A DNA stretch of 64,000 bases, from the IMG/VR virus record IMGVR_UViG_3300021141_000706. One strand, 5' to 3'. The notes beneath the pieces are model-generated. The model had not been told where the DNA came from. It saw only the letters and a program-made list of their open reading frames with translations, and did not search any database. The DNA comes from a virus. The translations under genes were made by a program, and so were the position numbers. Below are positions 46,111-55,696 of this stretch, piece by piece (the stretch's first letter is position 1; each line of letters begins with the position of its first letter).

Positions 46111-47003
46111 CAAATATATTAGACGGTAAATTAGTATCTAATCACATACTCACAGGAGTTAAAGAAAAGATAGATAAACACGTTGATGAATCTAAAGAAA
46201 GATTAGGATATACAATTGCTAAACCAAGTATGGCTATTGTTCTTGTTGGTAATAATCCTGCTTCTGAATCTTATGTCAAAGGTAAATTAAAAGCCTGTGA
46301 GAAAGCCGGTATCAATCATCATTTAATTAGATTTGACGAATCTATATCTGCGTTTGATTTATTAACAGAAGTTAAGAATCTAAACAAATCTTCTTATGAT
46401 GGTTTTATAGTTCAACTTCCTTTACCTGCTCATATTAAACCTGATCCTATTATCAATGAGATCAGTGCTTACAAAGATATTGATGGGTTTCATCCACTTA
46501 ACTTTGGTAAGATGGCTTTAGGTCAAAAGGCTATGAGACCAGCAACTGCTTATGGTATTCTAAAGTTGTTAGAGTATTATCAAATTGAAACAAAAGGCAA
46601 ACATGTAGTTGTGATTGGTCGTTCAAATATTGTCGGTAAACCTATTTCTATTATGCTAGGTAATGACTTTAACATCGGACGAGCTACTGTTACCTCATGT
46701 GATATTAACACTCCCAAATCGCTCCTAAATGAAGAATGTCAAAAAGCAGATATCGTTATTGTTGCTGTTGGTAAACCTTGTTTAGTAACTGCTGATATGA
46801 TTAAAGAAGGCGCGGTTGTTATTGATGTGGGTATTAATAAATTAGATACTGGTAAGTTAGTTGGTGACTGTGACTTTGGTGCTATTGCTGAGAAAGCAAG
46901 TTGGGTTACTCCTGTACCAGGTGGTGTTGGACCAATGACTATATCTGGTTTGATTCTAAATACTTATGAGGCTTGGAAGATGAAAAACTTTATTCAGGAA
47001 TGA
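46092..47003 (+). CDS. folD: methylenetetrahydrofolate dehydrogenase/cyclohydrolase
   Basis: YVKGK, VQLPLP, KDIDGFHP, GRSNIVGKP, TPVPGGVGPMT. Confidence 0.95.
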   Translation: METTSLANILDGKLVSNHILTGVKEKIDKHVDESKERLGYTIAKPSMAIVLVGNNPASESYVKGKLKACEKAGINHHLIRFDESISAFDLLTEVKNLNKSSYDGFIVQLPLPAHIKPDPIINEISAYKDIDGFHPLNFGKMALGQKAMRPATAYGILKLLEYYQIETKGKHVVVIGRSNIVGKPISIMLGNDFNIGRATVTSCDINTPKSLLNEECQKADIVIVAVGKPCLVTADMIKEGAVVIDVGINKLDTGKLVGDCDFGAIAEKASWVTPVPGGVGPMTISGLILNTYEAWKMKNFIQE

Positions 47004-47260
47004 AAGTAAAGTGTTTGAATATCAGTAAATACAATCAATATGATAGACTACCTCTAACAGTAGGTAAAGTATATGATGTGATAGAGGTTACACATATTCC
47101 TTTCAATTCCAGGAGGTATGATGATTATACAGGACCTTTCTATAAACTAGTTAATGATAATGGTGAATTATCAGGTTACACAGATGAATGTGTTAGAGTT
47201 CTTACTTTAGATGAAAAGAGAGAATTAAAAATTGAAGATTTACTTAATGGAGTTCTATAA
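47000..47260 (+). CDS. small hypothetical protein with C-terminal tag
   Basis: Start moved to MKVKCL; LTVGKVYDV; ends EKRELKIEDLLNGVL. Confidence 0.75.
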   Translation: MKVKCLNISKYNQYDRLPLTVGKVYDVIEVTHIPFNSRRYDDYTGPFYKLVNDNGELSGYTDECVRVLTLDEKRELKIEDLLNGVL

Positions 47261-47540
47261 CTTATTTAAGATAGTATTTTCAATTGTAATTTACATTATA
47301 CTATCACCAGTCATTATTCCTATTTTATTAATCAATGAAGTAAGATGGAATAAAGGTGTTTGTAGAAAGTGTAACTCTGATAGATATTATTTAGATTTCA
47401 GACCAGATAAGTTTATTAATCATCACTATGTTTGTAAGAAGTGTGGATATAGATTCTTATCATCAAGACATAGAATTCAACCAAGTGATAACCAATTAAA
47501 AACTCTTATAAGAGGTAATAAGATAAATAAAATATTATAA
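47247..47540 (+). CDS. membrane-anchored Zn-ribbon protein with C-terminal tag
   Basis: TM helix, CRKC...CKKC, ends LIRGNKINKIL. Confidence 0.7.
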   Translation: MEFYNLFKIVFSIVIYIILSPVIIPILLINEVRWNKGVCRKCNSDRYYLDFRPDKFINHHYVCKKCGYRFLSSRHRIQPSDNQLKTLIRGNKINKIL

Positions 47541-47541
47541 A

Positions 47542-47829
47542 ATGATTTATCCATCAAGAATAAAAGGTCAGGAATATCCTCTTAGTAAGGGGGATATTGT
47601 TGTTTGTATAACTGAGAGTTTTCAAGAGTTCACTTATGGTAAGCAATATCAACTTTATTGTGATTTCGATTTAAACGTTTCGGTGACACACCGTTATTCA
47701 ACTCTTCCAATTAACTCTGACTTAGGAAATCAACCTTTACCTGCTTATTACTCACCAACTGGTTATTACTTTCTACCTCTTCATATTTGGAGAGAATTGA
47801 AAATAAACAAAGTATTGGAAAATGAATAG
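47542..47829 (+). CDS. small hypothetical protein with C-terminal tag
   Basis: KGDIVVC..FTYGKQY; ends IWRELKINKVLENE. Confidence 0.75.
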   Translation: MIYPSRIKGQEYPLSKGDIVVCITESFQEFTYGKQYQLYCDFDLNVSVTHRYSTLPINSDLGNQPLPAYYSPTGYYFLPLHIWRELKINKVLENE

Positions 47830-48076
47830 AATATTGAAAATTGGAGACAGAGTTAGGAATGTAAGAGTAGGTGTTTATAAAGATGAACCTATTGTTATAG
47901 TTGGTGAATCTGACAATAACAATTCACTTAAAATTAAATTTAACAGATATCATATTAAATATCTAAATGTTTTTACTGTTAGTGGTGATAATATGATGTC
48001 TTGGGTAGATGAAAGTGATATAGTTTTAGATATAGAATATTATAGAAACGAAAAATTAAATAAGATATTAGAATGA
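47822..48076 (+). CDS. small hypothetical protein with C-terminal tag
   Basis: KIGDRVR; ends YYRNEKLNKILE. Confidence 0.75.
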   Translation: MNRILKIGDRVRNVRVGVYKDEPIVIVGESDNNNSLKIKFNRYHIKYLNVFTVSGDNMMSWVDESDIVLDIEYYRNEKLNKILE

Positions 48077-48942
48077 TTGCTATATGTTCATTAGTTAGAA
48101 AACCTTTTAATTTTGATACCTGGGTTAATTATCATATAAGTATAGGCGTTTCTAAATTTCTTTTAAGTGTTGAAGACACACCAGAACTTAAAGAGGTGAT
48201 TGATAGTTATGGTGAATTGATAGAAGCTGAATACATTTCAATGGATTCTAAGGATAAGTTTTATGATAGAAACTATTGGACTCTAATGGATAGACAAAAG
48301 ACTTTTGTTACCAAATCAATAGAAAGATGTAAAGAGTTATCAATTGAATGGTTGATACATGTTGACACTGATGAACTTTTATGGTGTGGTGATTCTGTAT
48401 TAGATTTAGTAAATAATGTAAGTAAAGATGTTGATTATATAACTGTCAAAAATTATGAAGCTGTTTATACATCAGATGATTTAGAAAATCCTTTTCTACA
48501 AACTAATACATTTATCAGCTCAAATATGACCGCATATGATAGTGGTAAAAGTATAGGTAGAATTTCACCAAATTTAGAATTCAGAGGAGCTCATGCTTTC
48601 ACTGGACAACACCAAAATATAGAAACTAAAAAGGCAGTTGTTTTACATTTTGAATCTGCTACATTTGAAAAATGGTTTGAGAAATTCAACAATATAACTA
48701 ATTCATATAATTTTTCAGATACTCAAGGGATGGGAGAGTATATGATAGATGATATGAAAAATGAAATAAAAGAAGTTCCTATAACTTTTTATCGAGATTC
48801 ATCAAGACTTGTACGATCAGGTGACATAAAAAAGTGTAGAGAGTATTATAACAAAATGAAAGTTTCTAGATATAACCCTCATACTTGGAAGTTATACTGG
48901 ACACCATTACTACCAGAAAAAAATAGCCACTGGTTAAGATAA
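48073..48942 (+). CDS. glycosyltransferase (GT2/GT92-like)
   Basis: WVNYH..IG, WLIHVDTDE, GKSI, VLHF. Confidence 0.8.
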   Translation: MIAICSLVRKPFNFDTWVNYHISIGVSKFLLSVEDTPELKEVIDSYGELIEAEYISMDSKDKFYDRNYWTLMDRQKTFVTKSIERCKELSIEWLIHVDTDELLWCGDSVLDLVNNVSKDVDYITVKNYEAVYTSDDLENPFLQTNTFISSNMTAYDSGKSIGRISPNLEFRGAHAFTGQHQNIETKKAVVLHFESATFEKWFEKFNNITNSYNFSDTQGMGEYMIDDMKNEIKEVPITFYRDSSRLVRSGDIKKCREYYNKMKVSRYNPHTWKLYWTPLLPEKNSHWLR

Positions 48943-48952
48943 ATAATAAATT

Positions 48953-49297
48953 ATGACAAAAATATATTTAGCAATTCCGTATTCAAGATACGAAGAAAAA
49001 AGTTTTAAGTTAGCCAATGAAATTGCGGCTCAATTAATTAATATGGGCCACGTTGTGTTCTCACCAATCAGTATGTCACATCCAATTGCGGTTCACGGTA
49101 ATCTAAAAGGTGACTGGGAAACTTGGAAAAGAATTGATTTTGAATTCATTAAATGGTGCGATGAGGTAGTAGTTGTAAACTTTGATGAAGAAGCTGTTGC
49201 TAACTCAACAGGTGTTCAAGGTGAATTAGAATTTGCTACAGAACTTGGTAAAAATATCAGATATTACTATGACAAGTCACGAGTGGAGAATAACTGA
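48953..49297 (+). CDS. DUF1937 / nucleoside 2-deoxyribosyltransferase-like protein
   Basis: IYLAIPYS, VFSPISMSH, STGVQGELEFA. Confidence 0.75.
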   Translation: MTKIYLAIPYSRYEEKSFKLANEIAAQLINMGHVVFSPISMSHPIAVHGNLKGDWETWKRIDFEFIKWCDEVVVVNFDEEAVANSTGVQGELEFATELGKNIRYYYDKSRVENN

Positions 49298-49556
49298 TAT
49301 GATTGAAAAGGGATTAGTCAGCTATGTCAAAGGTGAAAAGGTTGTACTATTCCGTAGAAAATCAAATGGTTATCCAAAAGGAATTAAAGACGGTGTTGAA
49401 TATACTATAAGAGGAATCTATGGTGAAGGTATTGAAGTTGCCTTAAATTCTTCTAATGGTATTGGTTTGTTACAATCAATAAAAGTACACAGAAGTTATA
49501 TGATTCCAAAATATGCTCTACGAGATATCAATCTTAAAAAACTTCTTAATAGTTAA
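49269..49556 (+). CDS. small hypothetical protein with C-terminal tag
   Basis: Start moved to ATG 49269; ends ALRDINLKKLLNS. Confidence 0.7.
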   Translation: MTSHEWRITDMIEKGLVSYVKGEKVVLFRRKSNGYPKGIKDGVEYTIRGIYGEGIEVALNSSNGIGLLQSIKVHRSYMIPKYALRDINLKKLLNS

Positions 49557-49566
49557 ATACTATAAT
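49539..49566 (+). promoter_or_regulatory. putative middle promoter
   Basis: AAAC-N18-TATAAT. Confidence 0.55.
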
Positions 49567-49585
49567 AAAAAACAAAAAAGAATAA

Positions 49586-50764
49586 ATGGGAAAATTAGCC
49601 TTAAACTTTATCTGTAAAGATGAATCACATGTAATTGGTAAAATGCTTGAAAGTTGTAAAACTATCACTGACTTAATCGTAGTTAATGATACTGGATCAA
49701 CTGACGGTACACAAGATATAATCAGAAAATTCGGTGAAGAAAATAACATACCAACGTATGTTTTTGAAAGACCTTTCGATGACTTTGAAAAAAGTAGAAC
49801 TCACGCAATGGAAAAACTTCGTGATGTTGTTAAAGAATTAGGTTGGGATCCAAACAAAGTTCATGGATATTGGTTTGACTGTGATGAGACTTTAATAATT
49901 GATCCTAAGTTTAGTAAAGACCAATTTGTTAATGACCTTTATATGATCAACACTTTCATTGGTCAGATGAAATACACTCGTAATACTTTCTTCAAAGTTT
50001 CTAAACCTTTTAGATGGTATGGTCCAATTCACGAATTTATTGTTTGTGATGAACAAAATATCACATCTGGTTTAGCTGAAAATATTCACGTTGATGTTAA
50101 GATGACTGGTGCTTCTTGGCAAGGTGATATCCCAACTAAATATAAGAATCACGCTTTTGTATTAGAAAAATATATTGATGCTAATCGTCAAGATCCTCGT
50201 TGGATTTTTTATACAGCTCAATCATATCATGATTCTGCTTCTATGCCTGATAATAAAGAAGAAAATGAAGAAAGATTGCGTAGAGCACTGAAGTACTATA
50301 AAGAAAGAGTTAATAGAACTGACGGATATGCTGAAGAGATTTATTATTCTCAGTTTCGTATTGGAACTATTATGAGAAGTTTAGAAGAACCTTGGAACCT
50401 AACACATCAAGAGTTATTAAAAGCTTACAATATGGATCCGACGAGAGGCGAATCTATTAAAATCATCATTGATTACTATCTACAAATGAATGAGTGGAAT
50501 ATGGCTTATCTTTACTCTAAGTTTGCTAAAGTAAATTTTCACGGTAAGAATCCTTATCCTAATAGATTATTATTCGTTGATGAAGCACTTTATATCTGGA
50601 AGTTTGCTGAAGCTCATGCTGCCACTTGTTTCTACACAGGTAGAATGGACGAGGCTAAGGCTACATACCAAGAGATAGTTAATATTTCTAAAACATCACC
50701 ACAATACTTTACTCCAGAAGACTTTGCTAAACTACAACAAAATGCTCAATTCTTCAATAGATAA
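49586..50764 (+). CDS. GT2 glycosyltransferase with TPR domain
   Basis: ICKDE, DTGSTDGT, FDCDE, GPIHE, helical repeats. Confidence 0.85.
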   Translation: MGKLALNFICKDESHVIGKMLESCKTITDLIVVNDTGSTDGTQDIIRKFGEENNIPTYVFERPFDDFEKSRTHAMEKLRDVVKELGWDPNKVHGYWFDCDETLIIDPKFSKDQFVNDLYMINTFIGQMKYTRNTFFKVSKPFRWYGPIHEFIVCDEQNITSGLAENIHVDVKMTGASWQGDIPTKYKNHAFVLEKYIDANRQDPRWIFYTAQSYHDSASMPDNKEENEERLRRALKYYKERVNRTDGYAEEIYYSQFRIGTIMRSLEEPWNLTHQELLKAYNMDPTRGESIKIIIDYYLQMNEWNMAYLYSKFAKVNFHGKNPYPNRLLFVDEALYIWKFAEAHAATCFYTGRMDEAKATYQEIVNISKTSPQYFTPEDFAKLQQNAQFFNR

Positions 50765-50766
50765 AG

Positions 50767-51246
50767 ATGATAAAGATAATAGTAGCAACATCAAAGAATA
50801 AAGTTATTGGTAACAATAATGAATTGATATGGAAACTATCATCTGATCTTAAACGATTCAAAGAATTAACTACTGGTCATCCAGTTGTGATGGGTAGAAA
50901 AACTTATGAATCAATTGGTAAACCTCTTCCTAATAGAAGAAACATAATCATAACGAGAAACTTAGAATACGAAGTTAATGGTTGTGAGGTAGTTTCTTCT
51001 TTAGAAGAGGCTTTACTTTTAACAAACAATGATTGTTTTATTATCGGTGGTGGTGAAATCTACAAACAATCATTAGAAGTAGCTGATAAAATTTATCTAA
51101 CACTTGTTCATAAAGACTTTGAAGGTGATACAACATTCCCTGAATTAGGTAAAGAGTGGGCTACAATTGATACTAAAGACTTTGACGCTGATGAAAAAAA
51201 CGAATATAACTATTCATTTATAGAATATGACAGATATGAATTCTAA
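50767..51246 (+). CDS. folA: dihydrofolate reductase
   Basis: DLKRFK, MGRKTYESIGKPLPNR, IGGGEIY, GDTTFP. Confidence 0.95.
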   Translation: MIKIIVATSKNKVIGNNNELIWKLSSDLKRFKELTTGHPVVMGRKTYESIGKPLPNRRNIIITRNLEYEVNGCEVVSSLEEALLLTNNDCFIIGGGEIYKQSLEVADKIYLTLVHKDFEGDTTFPELGKEWATIDTKDFDADEKNEYNYSFIEYDRYEF

Positions 51247-51802
51247 GAAAGGTAAATTAATTATGGTAATGGGTCCACCTGCTAGTGGTAAAAGTACATT
51301 AGCCGCTGAAGTTCATACAGAACTAAAGAAGAAAGGAATCAATTCTGCTTTCGTTAGTGAAGCAGCAACCGATTATATTGCTGAGTATGGAGTTCCTAAC
51401 TCACCGTCAGATCAGATGGTGATTTTCTATAAACAGTTAAACAGAGAGAAGATGTTTTTAGAGTCAAAAGATTATATTATCTGCGACTCTAGTTCTATTC
51501 TTAATTACTTTTACTTTAGATCTTTATTTTCAACAGAACTTACTAATAAAGATATTGCTTCTATCAATCATATTCAAAAGGAAATTCTAAAACATATCAA
51601 TACAATCGATATGGTGTTCTATGTACCACCGATCGATACAGATACTAATGATGGTATCAGATTTCACCAGGGAGATGAAATAAAGAGACTTGGTGTCTTA
51701 ATTAAGTCTTACTTAGAGATGGAGAATATTACTCACCAAGATTTAACAACGGTTGATATGAAAGACCGTGTTGATTACATAATCAAATCTATTTTAAAAT
51801 AA
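51227..51802 (+). CDS. AAA_28/NadR-like P-loop kinase
   Basis: GPPASGKST, VSEAA, IICDSS, DGIR. Confidence 0.75.
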   Translation: MTDMNSKKGKLIMVMGPPASGKSTLAAEVHTELKKKGINSAFVSEAATDYIAEYGVPNSPSDQMVIFYKQLNREKMFLESKDYIICDSSSILNYFYFRSLFSTELTNKDIASINHIQKEILKHINTIDMVFYVPPIDTDTNDGIRFHQGDEIKRLGVLIKSYLEMENITHQDLTTVDMKDRVDYIIKSILK

Positions 51803-51864
51803 GAAACCCATTCATTTCTGAATGGGTCTGTCAAGGGATGCTATCCCAAGAGGGGTTCTTATTT
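51797..51864. other. structured intergenic element between converging genes
   Basis: Hairpins ACCCATTCA/TGAATGGGT and GGGAT/ATCCC enclosed by AAATAAGAA/TTCTTATTT. Confidence 0.55.
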
Positions 51865-52902
51865 ATATGATTTTATAATAGAAGAAATCTCAGCTTTAAT
51901 TTTACCTAACTCTTCATATCCAAATTCTTTAGGGAATTTATTACCTACTTTCTTAACACCAACATAGTCAGATCTAAACATTACCTGACCGATATGTTCA
52001 TCACAACAATGAATTTCAAAGTCATCTCCTGTTTGTTTTACTTTACAATCTTTTTGAGATGTAACTAAATCTTTAACTTTCTTTCTGAAAGAATCTTTCT
52101 TATCAGCTTTTACTTCTGTGTGTTTGTCTTTAGTTCTTACTGATTTCTCAGCAACACCTTCACCTAACCAACTTGGTTTACCCATACCATCTTGCCAACC
52201 GCCTTCTGATCCAGAGTCATCATATCTTTCATCATCTCTTGGGTACATTCCATCTGGATCTTCTTTTTGAGATCTTCTTATTCTCTTTTCTCTTTTCTCA
52301 GCATCTTCTTTAGCTTTATGTGGAAAATTAGAGATTTCTGTTTTTTCTGATGGAGATAATTCCTCATCAGATTCATTAAGAGATTCAACAATTAAATCAT
52401 CTAATTCATCTAATTTATATTTACCTATTGATTTAGAAATTTTATAATCAGATATCTTTTTCAATAACCATTCTAAATCTTCTTTCTTCTTTTCATCAGT
52501 TGCTTTGGCAAAACTTTTTTCAACACTTTCAATTAATTTATTTTTAACCTCACTGAACTTAAATCCATTAGGATATTCTTTTTTGAACTTTTCAACTTTC
52601 TTTTCTAATTCTCTTCTTTCATTTGGTGTTAAATCCGAATTCTCTTTAGCTAGTTTCTTTTTAACTTCTTCAATATCTAATGCTAACTTAACAACATTAT
52701 CTAAAACAGCTTTAACAACCCTCCATTTATTCTCAATTGAAATAGTTTTACCAATTACTTTTAATAAAAGTGGAACTAATGGCTTCAATAAGAAACCAAC
52801 TATTTTGAATGGTAGTTTAAGTATATCACCAATTAGTCCTTCGTTAATCATTTCTTGATTATAAGACTCATTAAATTTTTCCCAGTTTTGGATATTTTTC
52901 AT
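51859..52902 (-). CDS. putative internal virion protein
   Basis: MKNIQNWEKFNES..MINE; TTATATATA at 52925-52933. Confidence 0.7.
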   Translation of the reverse strand: MKNIQNWEKFNESYNQEMINEGLIGDILKLPFKIVGFLLKPLVPLLLKVIGKTISIENKWRVVKAVLDNVVKLALDIEEVKKKLAKENSDLTPNERRELEKKVEKFKKEYPNGFKFSEVKNKLIESVEKSFAKATDEKKKEDLEWLLKKISDYKISKSIGKYKLDELDDLIVESLNESDEELSPSEKTEISNFPHKAKEDAEKREKRIRRSQKEDPDGMYPRDDERYDDSGSEGGWQDGMGKPSWLGEGVAEKSVRTKDKHTEVKADKKDSFRKKVKDLVTSQKDCKVKQTGDDFEIHCCDEHIGQVMFRSDYVGVKKVGNKFPKEFGYEELGKIKAEISSIIKSYK

Positions 52903-52945
52903 AAATAGATTTTATTTTATAGTGTATATATAAAATTATAAGCAC

Positions 52946-52970
52946 AAAAAAAACTCACCGAAGTGAGTTT
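52946..52970 (-). terminator. intrinsic terminator
   Basis: AAACTCAC-TTCG-GTGAGTTT plus T run on - strand. Confidence 0.85.
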
Positions 52971-52988
52971 CTTAAATATTATTTGAAA

Positions 52989-53642
52989 TTATTTACTTAA
53001 TAATCTGATTAAGTCTTCAGTGATTTTAGTAATCATCTTCTTACCTTCAACTTCTACTAATGGAATATTTTTAACCATTGAATATTTATCATTACCATCT
53101 ACACTAATTTTAGAAATAGCTTCAATAAACTTAGCATCTTTACCATATTTCTTAGTGTAATATCCTTTTAACTCATTAACGAATTTAGACAAATCAACAC
53201 CTTCTTTAACGTTATATTTAACCATTTGAAGTTCGTTGTCTTGTTTTTCAACCATAATATACCAAATAGACTTCTTAGAAACTTTAACATTCTCAAGAAA
53301 GTTATAAGCTTTAGATGCTTTAGTGTTTTTAGGGAATTTAGCAACTTTACCAAAAGTTTCTACTTTACCTTCATGAGTTTTATCACCAGTTTCATCAATA
53401 TCATTTTCAAATTCATCTTCGTCAGAAGGTAAATCTACTGTTTGGTCTTGAGGTATCAAGTTTTTTCTTGAAGCTGGTTTTTCAATTTTCTTAGAATCTC
53501 TAGACAAATTAGGATTTGCCGGCAAATCTGAATCAGTCATAGGTTTAACATCCAATGAAGGATTAACCTCTTCTATCTTTGATTTACCTTTGATATCAGA
53601 GAATTTCTTGAACCCAACAATCTTTTTATTTTCTTCTGCCAT
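52989..53642 (-). CDS. hypothetical late protein
   Basis: KKIVGFKKFSD leader-like start; TTAATATATA at 53667-53676. Confidence 0.7.
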   Translation of the reverse strand: MAEENKKIVGFKKFSDIKGKSKIEEVNPSLDVKPMTDSDLPANPNLSRDSKKIEKPASRKNLIPQDQTVDLPSDEDEFENDIDETGDKTHEGKVETFGKVAKFPKNTKASKAYNFLENVKVSKKSIWYIMVEKQDNELQMVKYNVKEGVDLSKFVNELKGYYTKKYGKDAKFIEAISKISVDGNDKYSMVKNIPLVEVEGKKMITKITEDLIRLLSK

Positions 53643-53706
53643 TTGATTTTATTACGTTTTGTCTATTATATATTAAATAATTTATTTAGTTTTTCGATTT
53701 TTGAAA

Positions 53707-53961
53707 TTATCTTTGTTTCCAATGATATTTATCTACCATATAGTTCTTAAAGTTCTTTATAATATTCATTTGGTCAAACATTATAGAAACTAAGGGTTGC
53801 ATTCTTTTCAACCAAGTATTCATTACATCATTCTCAAACATATGAGGCGATAAAGTTTTATCAAGTATTGTCTCATCATATCTAATATACTTATCATTAT
53901 CATCATCGTGTAGATGCTTCATATGAATCATTTCAGGTAACTGTCTTTCTTCGTATAACAT
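53707..53961 (-). CDS. small protein, probably baseplate-associated
   Basis: Immediately downstream of the gp6-like gene. Confidence 0.6.
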   Translation of the reverse strand: MLYEERQLPEMIHMKHLHDDDNDKYIRYDETILDKTLSPHMFENDVMNTWLKRMQPLVSIMFDQMNIIKNFKNYMVDKYHWKQR

Positions 53962-53963
53962 AA

Positions 53964-55685
53964 TTAAATTGGTCTATTTTTTCCGTCAACTGAGCCTTTT
54001 TTGATAATATTAACAGATTTTAAACCGTTACCATCAATATCATCTGAGTAATAAAGACCATTTCTATCAAACCAACCACCTCTAATAATAGGAATTTCAT
54101 TTGGCTCAAATACAATATCACCTAAAATAGAATCTAATCCTTTAGTTTCTGTTGGAATATAGTCAGGATTTATTGTTGATACTGATATATCATTTTGATA
54201 ACTTGAATTATATTTATTCAATTTATTTTGAGCATCAGTCATTGCGCTCTTGTGATAGTCTTCGTTCTTTTTTGCTACAAATTGAACATCAACTGAGTGT
54301 ATATCTTTAATAGTTGAAAGATTTCTAATAATATCTAATTTAGGTATTCTATCAATTCTCGATAAGTCTAAGAAATAGTTAGAAATAACTTCTAAAATTT
54401 GAGAGTTAACTGAATCATCTAAAGCATCTGCGTATGGTATAACATAAACATTCATAACATAATAAGATAAGTCTGGTGATTTGATTCTATACTTTTTAGT
54501 TAATTGTAAATTACCACCAGTCTTCAAATACTTATCAATTTTTGATATCTCATAAGAATCTAAGCTAAATGCTTTAATATCAATTGTAAAGTAATCAGAA
54601 TCTGAACTTTTGAATAATTTAATATTTGGTGTTGCCATTATGAAAATAGTACCACTTCTTTCATAAGCGTTAACGTGCGAAAATACACCTAACTTTTTAA
54701 TTTCATAAGCATATTGTTGAGGTAAACCTAATACAAAGTTATTAGAAGCAATAGGAAGAATGTTTTTAGTAAACATTAAATCTTCTTTATCAGCACCAAA
54801 ATTAATATCTGTATAAATATCAATATCAAATACTTTTGTTATATCTAAAGTATCTCCATTTCCGTCGAATACATCATCTAAGAATTTCCAATCATTTCTA
54901 GTTCTTCTGTAAATATTTCCATTAGCACCATCAGTTTTTATATAACTTATAAATATTCTTGAACTAATTTCAGGAATAGCACCAAAACCACCGTTTCCGA
55001 ATATAACATCAATACCACCATTAAATCCTGTTCTAACTACACAAGCTTTTTCCTCTGGTATCATTTCCCAAATGTGTTTTTTAATTGACCAGTATTCACC
55101 ATTAACTAAAACTTCTACATTAAAGTTTTCAACATCTTTAACTGAACTTTCCGAAAAGTTAAATGTTTGTAATTGAGTACCATCACCTGTTCTTGAGTTT
55201 TCATTCCATTCACCTTGAATGATAGGTATAAAAAATTGATAGTTAGGAGTTATTTTATGACTAACTCTCTCAACACCTGTATTAAGCATGTAGTATAAAC
55301 TATTTGTTTCATTTTTTATTTTAGTTCTATTGACAATTAAAATTCTACCACCAGGTATTTCTTTATCTAAATCAATATTACTTTTTAATGTAAATCTTAA
55401 TGTACCTGTAGCACTTATGCCTCTACCTGGATTATGACCAGCAAATATAGCAGCATTTCTTATAATTCTTTCATTTAGTGAGTTGTTATCACCTAAATCA
55501 AATTGATTAATAGCATTTTTCAAATATAAAAAAGACATTTGGTGTAGATTCTCTAATACTGAAAGAATCTGACCATAAGGTGAAGCAGGGCTGAAAAGAA
55601 TCTGACCTTTATTATGTTGTTCTCTCAGATAAACCTCAATCTGATATTTGATATTTGTATAAGTAATCTCTATAAAATTTGCCAT
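53964..55685 (-). CDS. baseplate wedge subunit (T4 gp6-like)
   Basis: GHNPGRGISATG, FGNGGFGAIP, YIKTDGANGN, FGADKE. Confidence 0.8.
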   Translation of the reverse strand: MANFIEITYTNIKYQIEVYLREQHNKGQILFSPASPYGQILSVLENLHQMSFLYLKNAINQFDLGDNNSLNERIIRNAAIFAGHNPGRGISATGTLRFTLKSNIDLDKEIPGGRILIVNRTKIKNETNSLYYMLNTGVERVSHKITPNYQFFIPIIQGEWNENSRTGDGTQLQTFNFSESSVKDVENFNVEVLVNGEYWSIKKHIWEMIPEEKACVVRTGFNGGIDVIFGNGGFGAIPEISSRIFISYIKTDGANGNIYRRTRNDWKFLDDVFDGNGDTLDITKVFDIDIYTDINFGADKEDLMFTKNILPIASNNFVLGLPQQYAYEIKKLGVFSHVNAYERSGTIFIMATPNIKLFKSSDSDYFTIDIKAFSLDSYEISKIDKYLKTGGNLQLTKKYRIKSPDLSYYVMNVYVIPYADALDDSVNSQILEVISNYFLDLSRIDRIPKLDIIRNLSTIKDIHSVDVQFVAKKNEDYHKSAMTDAQNKLNKYNSSYQNDISVSTINPDYIPTETKGLDSILGDIVFEPNEIPIIRGGWFDRNGLYYSDDIDGNGLKSVNIIKKGSVDGKNRPI

Positions 55686-55696
55686 ATAGCTATTTA

